64,000 bases of DNA, taken from a bacterium (GTDB taxonomy: Bacteria; SZUA-79; Acidulodesulfobacterales; Acidulodesulfobacteraceae). Shown here piece by piece: positions 30,212 through 38,409 of the stretch; the first letter of the stretch is position 1; every line of letters begins with the position of its first letter. A model generated the notes under the pieces. The model worked only from the letters and a program-made list of their open reading frames with translations, did not search any database and was not told where the DNA came from. The stretch covers positions 57,444 to 121,443 of the forward strand of contig JAKAFU010000001.1 of assembly GCA_021825865.1 (NCBI GenBank), read 5' to 3'. The translations under genes were made by a program, and so were the position numbers.

Positions 30212-31333
30212 ATGATTAGCGGACTATTTCTTTTTATTATTGTTATAGCTGTTTTAACGATTATTATCTCAATCATTATTGTTAAAAACAATATATATAT
30301 TCCTACCTTTTCAGGCGCTATAGCCGTCGCTTTCGGTATCATGATAAACGGGGCATTTCAGCAGGAGCATTTTTTAAAACGGTTAATAGGACCGTATGCG
30401 GTTTATTTATTGATTTCTGTATTAATTATTATTGTTTTAAGCAATTTAAACGAACTTCGTTCAAAAAAATATTATTTAAGCCATCATTTCTCAGATGAAA
30501 TACATACATTTGCAACCGGAACTTATGTGATTGCTTTTTTTACCGTTACCCTGTCAATTGTTAAAGAACTCGGCAATATATTAATATTAGCTTACATTTT
30601 ATTTATTGCAGGCTGTGTTATTTATTTGCTGTATTTGTTCATTTCCGTAAAGAATTATAAGGCAATATGGCAGGAAAATTATTCTAAAAAAATTCTTATG
30701 TATAATTTAAACGGGGTTATTCTTTTAATATCAGTAGCTACAAGCTATGTAGTTATAGACGGGAGTCTGCTTCTGGGAAAATTTTTCAGAGGAAGTGCGG
30801 ATAACATACTCCTGATTTTATCTGCATTATTTTATTTTGCAGGGTTATACATGATAATAAGAAATTATATAAAATATAAATATAAAATCATGGATAATTG
30901 GAAAATCGGTAATGTCATAGTACACGGCGCAATATCTACATTTGGTCTTGCCTGTGTTATTGCCGGATTCAGCAGTAATATTAATGGTCTGGTCTGGATA
31001 GCGGCCCTGCTCCTGTTTATTATAGTAGAAATTTATGAGATAATATTTATGATTAAAAGAATTAAATATTACGGCGTCGATAAAGGTGTCTTGACTTATT
31101 CAACAAATCAGTGGGCAAGAAATTTTACTTTCGGGATGTTCCTTGCATTTTCAATAATGTTTAAAATTAAAGATTCAGTATATTATAAAATTAACTTATT
31201 GGATTTTATTTATAATTTAATTTTTTCGTATGGCAAATATTTTGTAATAGGCTTTTTTATCGTTGAATTAATTGTATTTGCATATAATATCAACAGGTTA
31301 AATAAACCAAAAATATACGAGGGTGATGCTTGA
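30212..31333 (+). CDS. Polytopic membrane protein, family not recognised (about 10 TM)
   Basis: 373 aa, almost entirely hydrophobic segments separated by short basic loops. I can identify no diagnostic motif. Confidence 0.55.
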   Translation: MISGLFLFIIVIAVLTIIISIIIVKNNIYIPTFSGAIAVAFGIMINGAFQQEHFLKRLIGPYAVYLLISVLIIIVLSNLNELRSKKYYLSHHFSDEIHTFATGTYVIAFFTVTLSIVKELGNILILAYILFIAGCVIYLLYLFISVKNYKAIWQENYSKKILMYNLNGVILLISVATSYVVIDGSLLLGKFFRGSADNILLILSALFYFAGLYMIIRNYIKYKYKIMDNWKIGNVIVHGAISTFGLACVIAGFSSNINGLVWIAALLLFIIVEIYEIIFMIKRIKYYGVDKGVLTYSTNQWARNFTFGMFLAFSIMFKIKDSVYYKINLLDFIYNLIFSYGKYFVIGFFIVELIVFAYNINRLNKPKIYEGDA

Positions 31334-31587
31334 CTTCGTTTTTTTATAATTATATAATAAAAAATATATTATTAAATATTGGTAATATTTATTTTTATTT
31401 AAAATATGTTTATTATTATGTTTCCTGCCTTGCCTTATGATTATAAAACTGTAAAACTAAAACATTTATTTAAAAAAAAATAGAATATTAAATTTTTGTA
31501 TTTTTTATTATGCAGTCCTGATATATTTATTGTAATTTTTTTATAGTTATTTTGTTTATTAATTTAATGTTAATTTTAAGAGGAATT

Positions 31588-32415
31588 ATGATGGGAAAAT
31601 CACGTAAATTTACCGGTAATACGAAAAAAAGTTTGTTATCCGGAAATAAATATTTACTCGCTTCGCTGCGCGGTAAAACGTTCAGGATAATCGCTCTATT
31701 ATTATTTTTAGCAGTACCTGTTTTGGCTTTTTCCGGTTGCGCGTCAATGAGCGGCACTACCAGTTCAACCACGTCAACAAGCGGTATGAGCGCAGGCAAT
31801 ATGAACTTGCAGACAAAAATGAGTTCATCTATTTTTCTTCAGCCTGTTCCGCCGAGCGAAAAGGTAGTTTATGTAAGAGCCACAAATACAAGTTCCGCAT
31901 CGGGACTGAATTTTAAAACTGCTTTAGAACAGGCGTTAATTGCCAGAGGATACAGGATTACAAATAATCCTCAGGATGCTTATTTTATGCTTTTGTCAAA
32001 TGTATTATACCTCGGCAAAGAAACCCACGCTTACACTGCGGCAGGCGCATTGGCAGGAGGTTTCGGAGGAGCGTTGGTAGGTTCAAGATACGGTTCGGTC
32101 GGCAGCACTATCGGCGGCGGATTGGTAGGCGGACTTATAGGCGCTGCAATAGGTGCGGCATTTCAGCATAAAAAATACATGATGGTTGTTGATATCCAGC
32201 TGGAACAAAGACAGAAGGGCTCATATACGACTAACGGAACGGCGACATCTGAAGGATTAGGAAATACGACTACTACTTACAATGCAGGCGTTAAAAACTG
32301 GGCAATTTACAGAGACAGGGTTGTTGCTACGGCCAGCGCAATTAATCTAAGATTCAGCTCTGCAGAGCCGGCGTTAAAGACGGTTGTCGGAAGAGAAATT
32401 TCAAACTTATTATAA
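31588..32415 (+). CDS. traT: TraT-like outer-membrane lipoprotein (complement-resistance / surface-exclusion family)
   Basis: Start chosen at ATG 31588 behind RBS AAGAGGA (the ORF track begins 36 nt earlier). Lipobox ..VLAFSGC. It is collinear with F-plasmid TraT as I recall it: ..LQTKMSSSIFLQP...VYVRATNTS.., ..ARGYRITNNPQDAYFML.., the Gly-rich block ..GGFGGALVGS..GGGLVGGLIGAAIGAA.., ..YMMVVDIQLEQR.., and ..INLRFSSAEPALKTVVGREISNLL. Confidence 0.85.
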   Translation: MMGKSRKFTGNTKKSLLSGNKYLLASLRGKTFRIIALLLFLAVPVLAFSGCASMSGTTSSTTSTSGMSAGNMNLQTKMSSSIFLQPVPPSEKVVYVRATNTSSASGLNFKTALEQALIARGYRITNNPQDAYFMLLSNVLYLGKETHAYTAAGALAGGFGGALVGSRYGSVGSTIGGGLVGGLIGAAIGAAFQHKKYMMVVDIQLEQRQKGSYTTNGTATSEGLGNTTTTYNAGVKNWAIYRDRVVATASAINLRFSSAEPALKTVVGREISNLL

Positions 32416-32478
32416 TTATATAGAATAATAATAATATTAAGATTGTTGTTAATGATATACGACTTATATAAATTATTT

Positions 32479-32529
32479 ATGCCGTATAATTTTATAGTAC
32501 AAAAATATAAAATTATACGGCATTTTTTT
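32479..32529 (+). terminator. Rho-independent terminator after traT
   Basis: Perfect 18-bp stem ATGCCGTATAATTTTATA / TATAAAATTATACGGCAT, a 9-nt loop, then a run of 7 T. Confidence 0.7.
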
Positions 32530-32626
32530 AGCTATAAGATTTAAAATTCCATATTTTAAGCGTACTCTCCCTTACCTTATTTGTTCAAAACATATTAATA
32601 GAAATAGAACATTAAAAATATAAAAT

Positions 32627-33049
32627 CTACATTATCCTGCCCGCTTTTCCCGATAATGTCATAATATTATTAAATACAAAAATGCATACGGCTGTAAATT
32701 CAAGAAATGCAAAAATAGAGAAACACAACTGTGTTATTAAGCTATAGCCGGGATTATCGCCTGATATTATCCAAATTAGCGCCATGCCCAAAAGTCCGAT
32801 ATTAGCTAAGTAAAATTGTATAATTATTAATCTGTCGCTGTAAAGTTTAAATCCGCTGAATCTGGGCAGCACGTGATAACCAACGGAATATATCATCATT
32901 GCTATAAAACCTAATAAAAGAAAATGCACATGCGTTAAAAGAAGATAGCTTATAGAAGGCGGATAAATTGCCATTATAAAACCTAGTAGCGCCCCAAAAA
33001 CAAAATACAGCAAAGACGCAACGGTAAAATATCGTATTGCAGGACTCAT
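32627..33049 (-). CDS. Small 4-TM membrane protein with HVH motif (faintly haem-copper-oxidase-subunit-I-like). Function unknown.
   Basis: 140 aa, four hydrophobic helices. ..LLLTHVHFLLLGFIAMMIYSVGYHVLPRFSG... Family assignment is tentative. Confidence 0.5.
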   Translation of the reverse strand: MSPAIRYFTVASLLYFVFGALLGFIMAIYPPSISYLLLTHVHFLLLGFIAMMIYSVGYHVLPRFSGFKLYSDRLIIIQFYLANIGLLGMALIWIISGDNPGYSLITQLCFSIFAFLEFTAVCIFVFNNIMTLSGKAGRIM

Positions 33050-33275
33050 AGATTATTACACCTCGCATAAAGTTAATACATTAGTTAACAATTAAATTAT
33101 TTAATCATAGATTAAATAAAATTAAATATGGTTTTTTATATTTTTGTTAGCCGTTATCAAATTATAGAACAAAGCCATTATATATAATATTAAAGCAGTT
33201 AAAAATGATAAAAATCACATAGCAGTCCGCAAAAGAATTATATAGCAGATAGTCAGTATGCGGAAGCACCGGCTG

Positions 33276-33911
33276 TTAATTTTTATTGTTTTGATAATAT
33301 TGACAATATTGGTTTATAAAACATTGCGGGCATTTTGGATTTCTGGCAATGCAGTAAATCCGGCCGTGATTTACGAGCCACCTGTGCATTTTCATCCAAA
33401 GCTCGGGTTTAATAAGATTTGTTAAATCCGTTTCTGTATTTTCAACATTTGTAGAATTGGCAAGACCTATGCGATTTGCTACCCTGAAAACATGAGTATC
33501 GACCGGAAATCTGTTCTGTCCGTAAAATGTACCAAGGATAACATTTGCAGATTTTCTGCCGATGCCCGGCAAATCCACTAATGCATCAAAATCGGAAGGA
33601 ACATCGTCATTAAACTTATTTTTTAATATTTCTGAAGTTTTAATTATATTTTTGGCTTTAGTATGGTACATGCCGCATGTTTTAATCTGCTCTTCAAATA
33701 TTTCAAGGGGAACATCGGCGAGGTCGGAAGGTTTTTTGTATAATTTAAATAATTCTCCGGTTATTATATTAACCCGTTTATCGGTGCATTGCGCAGATAG
33801 AATCACTGCTATAAGAAGCTGAAAGGCATTGCCGAAATTTAAAAAAGGTTTAAGCTCGCCGTAATTTTTTTCAAACAGATTAATGATATTATTTAATTTA
33901 ATTTTATCCAT
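33276..33911 (-). CDS. nth: Endonuclease III
   Basis: 211 aa. HhH-GPD ..LVDLPGIGRKSANVILG.., catalytic ..VDTHVFRV.., and the 4Fe-4S cluster C-X6-C-X2-C-X5-C (CIARNPKCPQCFINQYC). Confidence 0.93.
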   Translation of the reverse strand: MDKIKLNNIINLFEKNYGELKPFLNFGNAFQLLIAVILSAQCTDKRVNIITGELFKLYKKPSDLADVPLEIFEEQIKTCGMYHTKAKNIIKTSEILKNKFNDDVPSDFDALVDLPGIGRKSANVILGTFYGQNRFPVDTHVFRVANRIGLANSTNVENTETDLTNLIKPELWMKMHRWLVNHGRIYCIARNPKCPQCFINQYCQYYQNNKN

Positions 33912-33976
33912 TATTTATTACAATTTTATAGTTGTTTCCTTATAAAATAAATTAAATAATTAATAGAGCATAATTT

Positions 33977-34696
33977 TTAGTAAGAGTTTAAAATATTCAG
34001 CTGTATTTCCGTCAACTGCGAAATAGCTTTTTTGGCGATAGCGCCAAATTTATTAATGAGTTCAAAATCTATAGGAGTTTTTTCCGCGCACCCCTGAATT
34101 TCGATTAAGTTTCCGCTTCCCGTCATTATAAAATTAAAGTCAAGTTCGGCGTTGGAATCTTCAGAATAATCAAGGTCAAGTAAAATTTCGCTATTCACAA
34201 TTCCAAGGCTTATAGCGGCGACGGAATCGTAAAACGGCATCTTTTCAATTCTGTTCTGTTTTAATAATTTTAGAAAAGCCAAATGCGCTGCTACATATGC
34301 GCCGGTAATAGAGGCTGTTCTTGTTCCGCCGTCGGCGCTTATGACATCGCAGTCGAGCAGCAGCGTAATATCCGGAAAATCTGAAAAATTAACCGCCGCT
34401 CTTAGAGCTCTTCCGATAAGTCTTTGAATTTCTTGGGCTCTTCCGTTGATTTTACCTTTTGAAGAATCCCGCTGCATTCTGGTCTGGGTTGAACGCGGTA
34501 GCATAGAGTATTCTGCCGTAATCCAGCCTTGCCCTTTATCTTTTAAAAAAGGAGGAACCTTATTTTCAACGCTTGCCGTGCATATTACATGGGTATCGCC
34601 GCATTTTATCATGCATGAACCTTCGGCATACTTCATATAGTCCGGAATGATTGTTATTTCTCTCATTTCATCAAAAGCGCGATTTTTTTTTCTCAT
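33977..34696 (-). CDS. rph: Ribonuclease PH
   Basis: 239 aa. ..GWITAEYSMLPRST..R..R....GKINGRAQEIQRLIGRALR.., ..DCDVISADGGTRTASITGAYVA... Confidence 0.95.
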   Translation of the reverse strand: MRKKNRAFDEMREITIIPDYMKYAEGSCMIKCGDTHVICTASVENKVPPFLKDKGQGWITAEYSMLPRSTQTRMQRDSSKGKINGRAQEIQRLIGRALRAAVNFSDFPDITLLLDCDVISADGGTRTASITGAYVAAHLAFLKLLKQNRIEKMPFYDSVAAISLGIVNSEILLDLDYSEDSNAELDFNFIMTGSGNLIEIQGCAEKTPIDFELINKFGAIAKKAISQLTEIQLNILNSY

Positions 34697-34778
34697 TTTA
34701 TTTTAAACATTCTATTTCTATTGTATAATTTAACTTATAAATTAGTTTAGCTTAAATTAAATATCAAACTATGTCGAT

Positions 34779-35027
34779 CTATGCCGATGTCCATTTTTTG
34801 TTCTGAATAACAAACATATAAAGGCCGTTAAACTTCATTGTATTCAAAAGCTTAGTGCCTACTAACGAACATACGGACGGTATGTCGTTAAGCATAGATT
34901 CTTTATCAGAGATTACCATAAGCGTTGATTCAGGTTTTAATGCTTTTAGTTTTCCGACGACCGCCAGAACAGGGGGTCCTCAGCATAAACCTCTTATGTC
35001 TAAAGTATTTATCGAGTCTGTATCCAT
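34779..35027 (-). CDS. TusA/SirA-like sulfur-carrier protein with an in-frame TGA at the catalytic Cys position (candidate selenoprotein; alternatively a pseudogene)
   Basis: Hand translation of the minus strand from ATG 35027 gives MDTDSINTLDIRGLC-[TGA 34980..34982]-GPPVLAVVGKLKALKPESTLMVISDKESMLNDIPSVCSLVGTKLLNTMKFNGLYMFVIQNKKWTSA, then TAG at 34779..34781. That is 82 codons, the TusA size. It matches the TusA motif LDxRGLxCPxP, with the TGA aligned to the essential Cys. The rest of the fold pattern is intact (..L.V..D.....DIP..C...G......). Missed by the ORF track, which shows only a spurious plus-strand ORF here. Confidence 0.6.
34933..34991 (-). other. Candidate bacterial SECIS-like structure around and after the TGA
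   Basis: Folded by eye on the mRNA. Inner hairpin GACCCCC-UGUUCU-GGCGGUC (6 bp plus one C-C mismatch, G/U-containing loop) starts 2 nt after UGA. Outer helix GGUUUAUGCU (ending at the U of UGA) pairs with AGCAUUAAAACC, with a 2-nt bulge. Confidence 0.3.
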
Positions 35028-35133
35028 TTTAATTTTACTCCTGTAATTTAAATTTAAATAATTTGGACTTATTATTTGTTATGGTACTTTGTAAAAATTT
35101 TTAATTTTTAGTATAACTAATGAGAAATTATAT

Positions 35134-35601
35134 TTATAAATTTATATTTTGAACCGCCGCATCGAGAACACCGTTTATAAAAAACGGAGAATCTGCATTG
35201 CCGAATTTTTTTGCTATTTCAATAGCCTCATTAATAGTGACATTTTTTGGAATTTCGGAATGAAACAATATTTCAAACATAGACTGCCTTAAAATGTTTC
35301 TGTCTATTCTTGACATTCTGTCAATAGACCAATTTTTTGATACTTTTTGAATAAGCAAATCAATTTTATCAAGATTATTTAAAGTTCCGGCTGCAATGTC
35401 TTTAAAAAAATCAAATATTTCCAAAGATTCTTTCTTTGTGTATAATTCGCCCGCAGAACTTATAAAACCATTATAAATGAGACTTTCAGAGGCAAAATTC
35501 ATAAAAAAAGCATTAAGTCTAAATTCGGTAGAATCAATCCCGCCGTCTGCTTCATATAAAAATTGCACTGCAAGTTCTCTTGCCATTCTTCTTTTTGTCA
35601 T
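35134..35601 (-). CDS. nusB: Transcription antitermination factor NusB
   Basis: 155 aa. ..RRMARELAVQFLYE.., ..WSIDRMSRIDRNILRQSMFEIL.., ..NEAIEIAKKFG....FINGVLD... Downstream of ribH, as in many bacteria. Confidence 0.9.
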   Translation of the reverse strand: MTKRRMARELAVQFLYEADGGIDSTEFRLNAFFMNFASESLIYNGFISSAGELYTKKESLEIFDFFKDIAAGTLNNLDKIDLLIQKVSKNWSIDRMSRIDRNILRQSMFEILFHSEIPKNVTINEAIEIAKKFGNADSPFFINGVLDAAVQNINL

Positions 35602-35649
35602 TATTAAGATATTATTTATATTGAAAGATTTTAAATTAAACTAAATATA

Positions 35650-36120
35650 TCATTTTTTAAGTTTTGCAAATAATGTAACCATCTCAACAATGGACATCGC
35701 CGCATCGAAGCCTTTATTGCCCATTTTAGTGCCCGCTCTCGATATTGCCTGTTCTATCGATTCGGAAGTAATAATACCGTAACTGACCGGAGTATTAGAG
35801 TTTACGGCCAGCTCCGAAACCATTTTGGCAACCTGTTGCGACAATAGGTCAAAATGATTTGTTTCTCCCCTTATCAAAGTACCTAAGCATACAATTCCGT
35901 CGTATTTTTTTGTTTCCGCCATTATTTTAATGGCCATAGGCAGCTCAAATGCGCCCGGAACTTTAACCACTGTTATATCCGATTCGTTGGCTCCGGAACG
36001 CGTCAGATAATCTATCGCTCCGTCCAAAAGTTTAGAATTTATAAATTCATTAAATCTGGATACGGCAATGCCGAATTTGAATCCTGCGGCGCTTAAATTT
36101 CCTTCTATTACATTATACAT
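35650..36120 (-). CDS. ribH: 6,7-dimethyl-8-ribityllumazine synthase
   Basis: 156 aa. ..FGIAVSRFNEFI...L..GA.., ..VVKVPGAFELP.., ..YDGIVCLGTLIRGETNHFD.., ..GIITSESIEQAISRAG... Confidence 0.95.
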   Translation of the reverse strand: MYNVIEGNLSAAGFKFGIAVSRFNEFINSKLLDGAIDYLTRSGANESDITVVKVPGAFELPMAIKIMAETKKYDGIVCLGTLIRGETNHFDLLSQQVAKMVSELAVNSNTPVSYGIITSESIEQAISRAGTKMGNKGFDAAMSIVEMVTLFAKLKK

Positions 36121-36142
36121 TTTAAAAGACCCCGTTTACTTA

Positions 36143-37369
36143 TTATTTTTTTATTGTTTTTTTATTATCTATATGCAGTATATGACCCATTTTTTCTTTT
36201 TTAGTTGTTAAATAATGCAAATTTTTGTGCGTAGGACAAATTTCAATAGGTACTCTTTCGACTACACTGAGGCCGTAGCCTTCAAGACCTATGATTTTTT
36301 TTGGATTATTTGTCATCAATCTCATTTTTCCGACGCCTAAGTCGACTAAAATTTGAGCTCCTACGCCGTATTCCCTCAAATCTGCTTTGAATCCTAATTT
36401 TTCGTTGGCTTCAACCGTATCATAGCCTTTGTCTTGCAGATTATACGCCTTAAGTTTGTTTACAAGTCCTATCCCCCTGCCTTCCTGACTGAGATAAAGT
36501 ATAACGCCCTTTCCTTCTTTTTCTATCATCTCCATAGCGTTCTTTAACTGGTCTCCGCAGTCGCATCTTTCGGAACCGAAGACGTCGCCTGTCAAACATT
36601 GCGAATGCACCCTGACTAAAATCGGTTCGTCTTTTTTTATATCCCCTTTAACCAAAGCAACATGTTCTTTAAAATCGATATCGTTTGAATATGCTATTAT
36701 TTTAAATTCGCCGCCGAATCTTGTAGGGATATTAGATTCAACCAATCTTTTTACATGTTTTTCATGTTTTACCCTATAGTTTATAATATCCTGTATCGTC
36801 AATATTTTTAAATCATGCTGTTTGGCAAATTCTATTAAATCCGGCATTCTTGCCATAGTTCCGTCATCTTTCATAATTTCGCATATTACGCCGGCAGGTT
36901 TAAGTCCCGCAATAGCTGCAATATCGGTAGAACCTTCGGTTTGCCCTGTCCTGACCAGAACGCCTCCGTTTTTGGCGGTAATCGGAAAAATGTGTCCCGG
37001 TCTTACGAGGTCTGTCGGTTTTGCGTCATCTTTTACGGCAGTGAGAATAGTCTGCGCCCTGTCAAAAGCAGAAATACCTGTCGTAACCCCTTCCGCCGCT
37101 TCTATTGAAACCGTAAAGGCGGTAGAAAATTTAGATTGATTATTCGCAGCCTGAGGAGGCAGATTCAGCTGGTCTGCTTTTTCCTGAGTCAGGGTAAGGC
37201 ATATTAATCCGCGTGCGTATTTTGTCATAAAGTTTATTGCTTCCGGTGTTACCATCTCGGCTGCCATGGTAAGGTCGCCCTCATTCTCTCTGTCTTCATC
37301 GTCAACCAAGATAATCATTTTCCCTTTTTTAATTTCTTCGGCTGCTTCTTCAACCGTTGTCATCGGCAT
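36143..37369 (-). CDS. ribBA: Bifunctional 3,4-dihydroxy-2-butanone-4-phosphate synthase / GTP cyclohydrolase II
   Basis: 408 aa. ..[12 protein letters not shown].., ..RPGHIFP.., ..RTGQTEGS.., and the GCH-II Zn motif ..[22 protein letters not shown]... Confidence 0.95.
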   Translation of the reverse strand: MPMTTVEEAAEEIKKGKMIILVDDEDRENEGDLTMAAEMVTPEAINFMTKYARGLICLTLTQEKADQLNLPPQAANNQSKFSTAFTVSIEAAEGVTTGISAFDRAQTILTAVKDDAKPTDLVRPGHIFPITAKNGGVLVRTGQTEGSTDIAAIAGLKPAGVICEIMKDDGTMARMPDLIEFAKQHDLKILTIQDIINYRVKHEKHVKRLVESNIPTRFGGEFKIIAYSNDIDFKEHVALVKGDIKKDEPILVRVHSQCLTGDVFGSERCDCGDQLKNAMEMIEKEGKGVILYLSQEGRGIGLVNKLKAYNLQDKGYDTVEANEKLGFKADLREYGVGAQILVDLGVGKMRLMTNNPKKIIGLEGYGLSVVERVPIEICPTHKNLHYLTTKKEKMGHILHIDNKKTIKK

Positions 37370-37421
37370 AATAAAACCTCTTATTTTTTTAAATTTAATT
37401 TAATTTAATTGTTCAAGTAAT

Positions 37422-38201
37422 TTATTTGAGAAAGCCGTTTTCATAAAGAAATTCGCGGGTTATATCAGTTTTTTTTATGTTTTTAAAGCTGCCGGTCTGT
37501 TCCGCCCCATATTTCTTTAATGAATACGAGTTTTTATTATAAGTACCGTGTCCTGCGTCATTTCTAAGGTTATTGCCGCCGGAGCCAGCTGCAGAGCCTG
37601 AATTTTCAAACAATTTTTCAGCATTATTTATGACGGCTTTTTCTATTATATCAAATTCGATATTGACAAACCCGCCTATTTTTATATCGCCTAAATTTGT
37701 AAATTTGTAAGTCAAAGGTATGATGCTCACATAAAAATCGTTATTTTTAATTTCATTAATTGTCAGACTGATGCCGTCAACCGCAATTGAACCTTTGTTG
37801 ATTAAATATTTAGAGGATTCGGGAGCGTTATTTGTAATACCTATTAAATAGGCATTGCTATATTGCCGTTTATTGATGATTTTTCCCGTTCCGTCAATAT
37901 GCCCTAACACAAAATGCCCGGATATATCGCTATTTACCGACAATGCCGGTTCAATGTTAACTTTAGTTCCGACTTTCATGTATTTTAATGACGATTTTTT
38001 AAATGTTTCCGGCGAAAAATCAAAATATACAGTCTTAGCGGTTATAGTTCTTACGGTCAGACATATTCCGTTAACGGCTATGCTCTGACCTATATATGAT
38101 TTTACGGAGCATTCAGGAAGGTAAACCCCCAATATTCCGCTGTTTGAACGAAACGTTATAGATCTGACCTCGCCTTTCTCTTTAATTATTCCGGTGAACA
38201 T
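37422..38201 (-). CDS. ribE: Riboflavin synthase alpha chain, with a roughly 50 aa C-terminal extension
   Basis: 259 aa. MFTGIIKEKGEV.., two lumazine-binding repeats (..SIAVNGICLTV.., ..SIAVDGISLTI..), plus a Gly/Ser/Asn-rich tail. Confidence 0.9.
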   Translation of the reverse strand: MFTGIIKEKGEVRSITFRSNSGILGVYLPECSVKSYIGQSIAVNGICLTVRTITAKTVYFDFSPETFKKSSLKYMKVGTKVNIEPALSVNSDISGHFVLGHIDGTGKIINKRQYSNAYLIGITNNAPESSKYLINKGSIAVDGISLTINEIKNNDFYVSIIPLTYKFTNLGDIKIGGFVNIEFDIIEKAVINNAEKLFENSGSAAGSGGNNLRNDAGHGTYNKNSYSLKKYGAEQTGSFKNIKKTDITREFLYENGFLK

Positions 38202-38409
38202 AATTTATATTTTAATAATTTATTTTAATAATTTAAGTTGCCGCTCGGTTTATTTATTAGAATACAATAGAAAGCTGAGATATTAAGATGTAATTAAAAA
38301 ATAAATAACAAAAAATCATCTTATTAATTGCCGTTTTAAATTAACCGCCGTATCGTCATTATATAACTCTGATATTGCTATGCTTGAATATCTTTAAACG
38401 CAGTAAAAA

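Noticed and set aside
31527-31799. 90-aa minus-strand ORF overlapping the traT 5' region
   Set aside because: It is antisense to the TraT signal peptide and lipobox region and has no motif support.
32847-33068. 73-aa minus-strand ORF overlapping the 140-aa membrane-protein ORF in another frame
   Set aside because: The alternative frame within the same gene is not hydrophobic or structured. The 140-aa frame gives four clean TM helices.
34980-34982. Genome-wide reassignment of TGA (code 4 Trp or code 25 Gly) as the explanation for the in-frame TGA
   Set aside because: TGA ends soxY (25798..25800), the MCP (20162..20164, followed directly by TAA) and gltX (58340..58342) at natural C-termini. 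All conserved genes in the window read through without internal TGA. TGA is therefore a stop in this genome.
34855-35046. 63-aa plus-strand ORF offered by the ORF track in the nusB-rph gap
   Set aside because: It has no recognisable motif or RBS. It lies antisense to a minus-strand reading that gives a full-length TusA-like protein collinear with the flanking minus-strand genes. I treat it as a shadow ORF.
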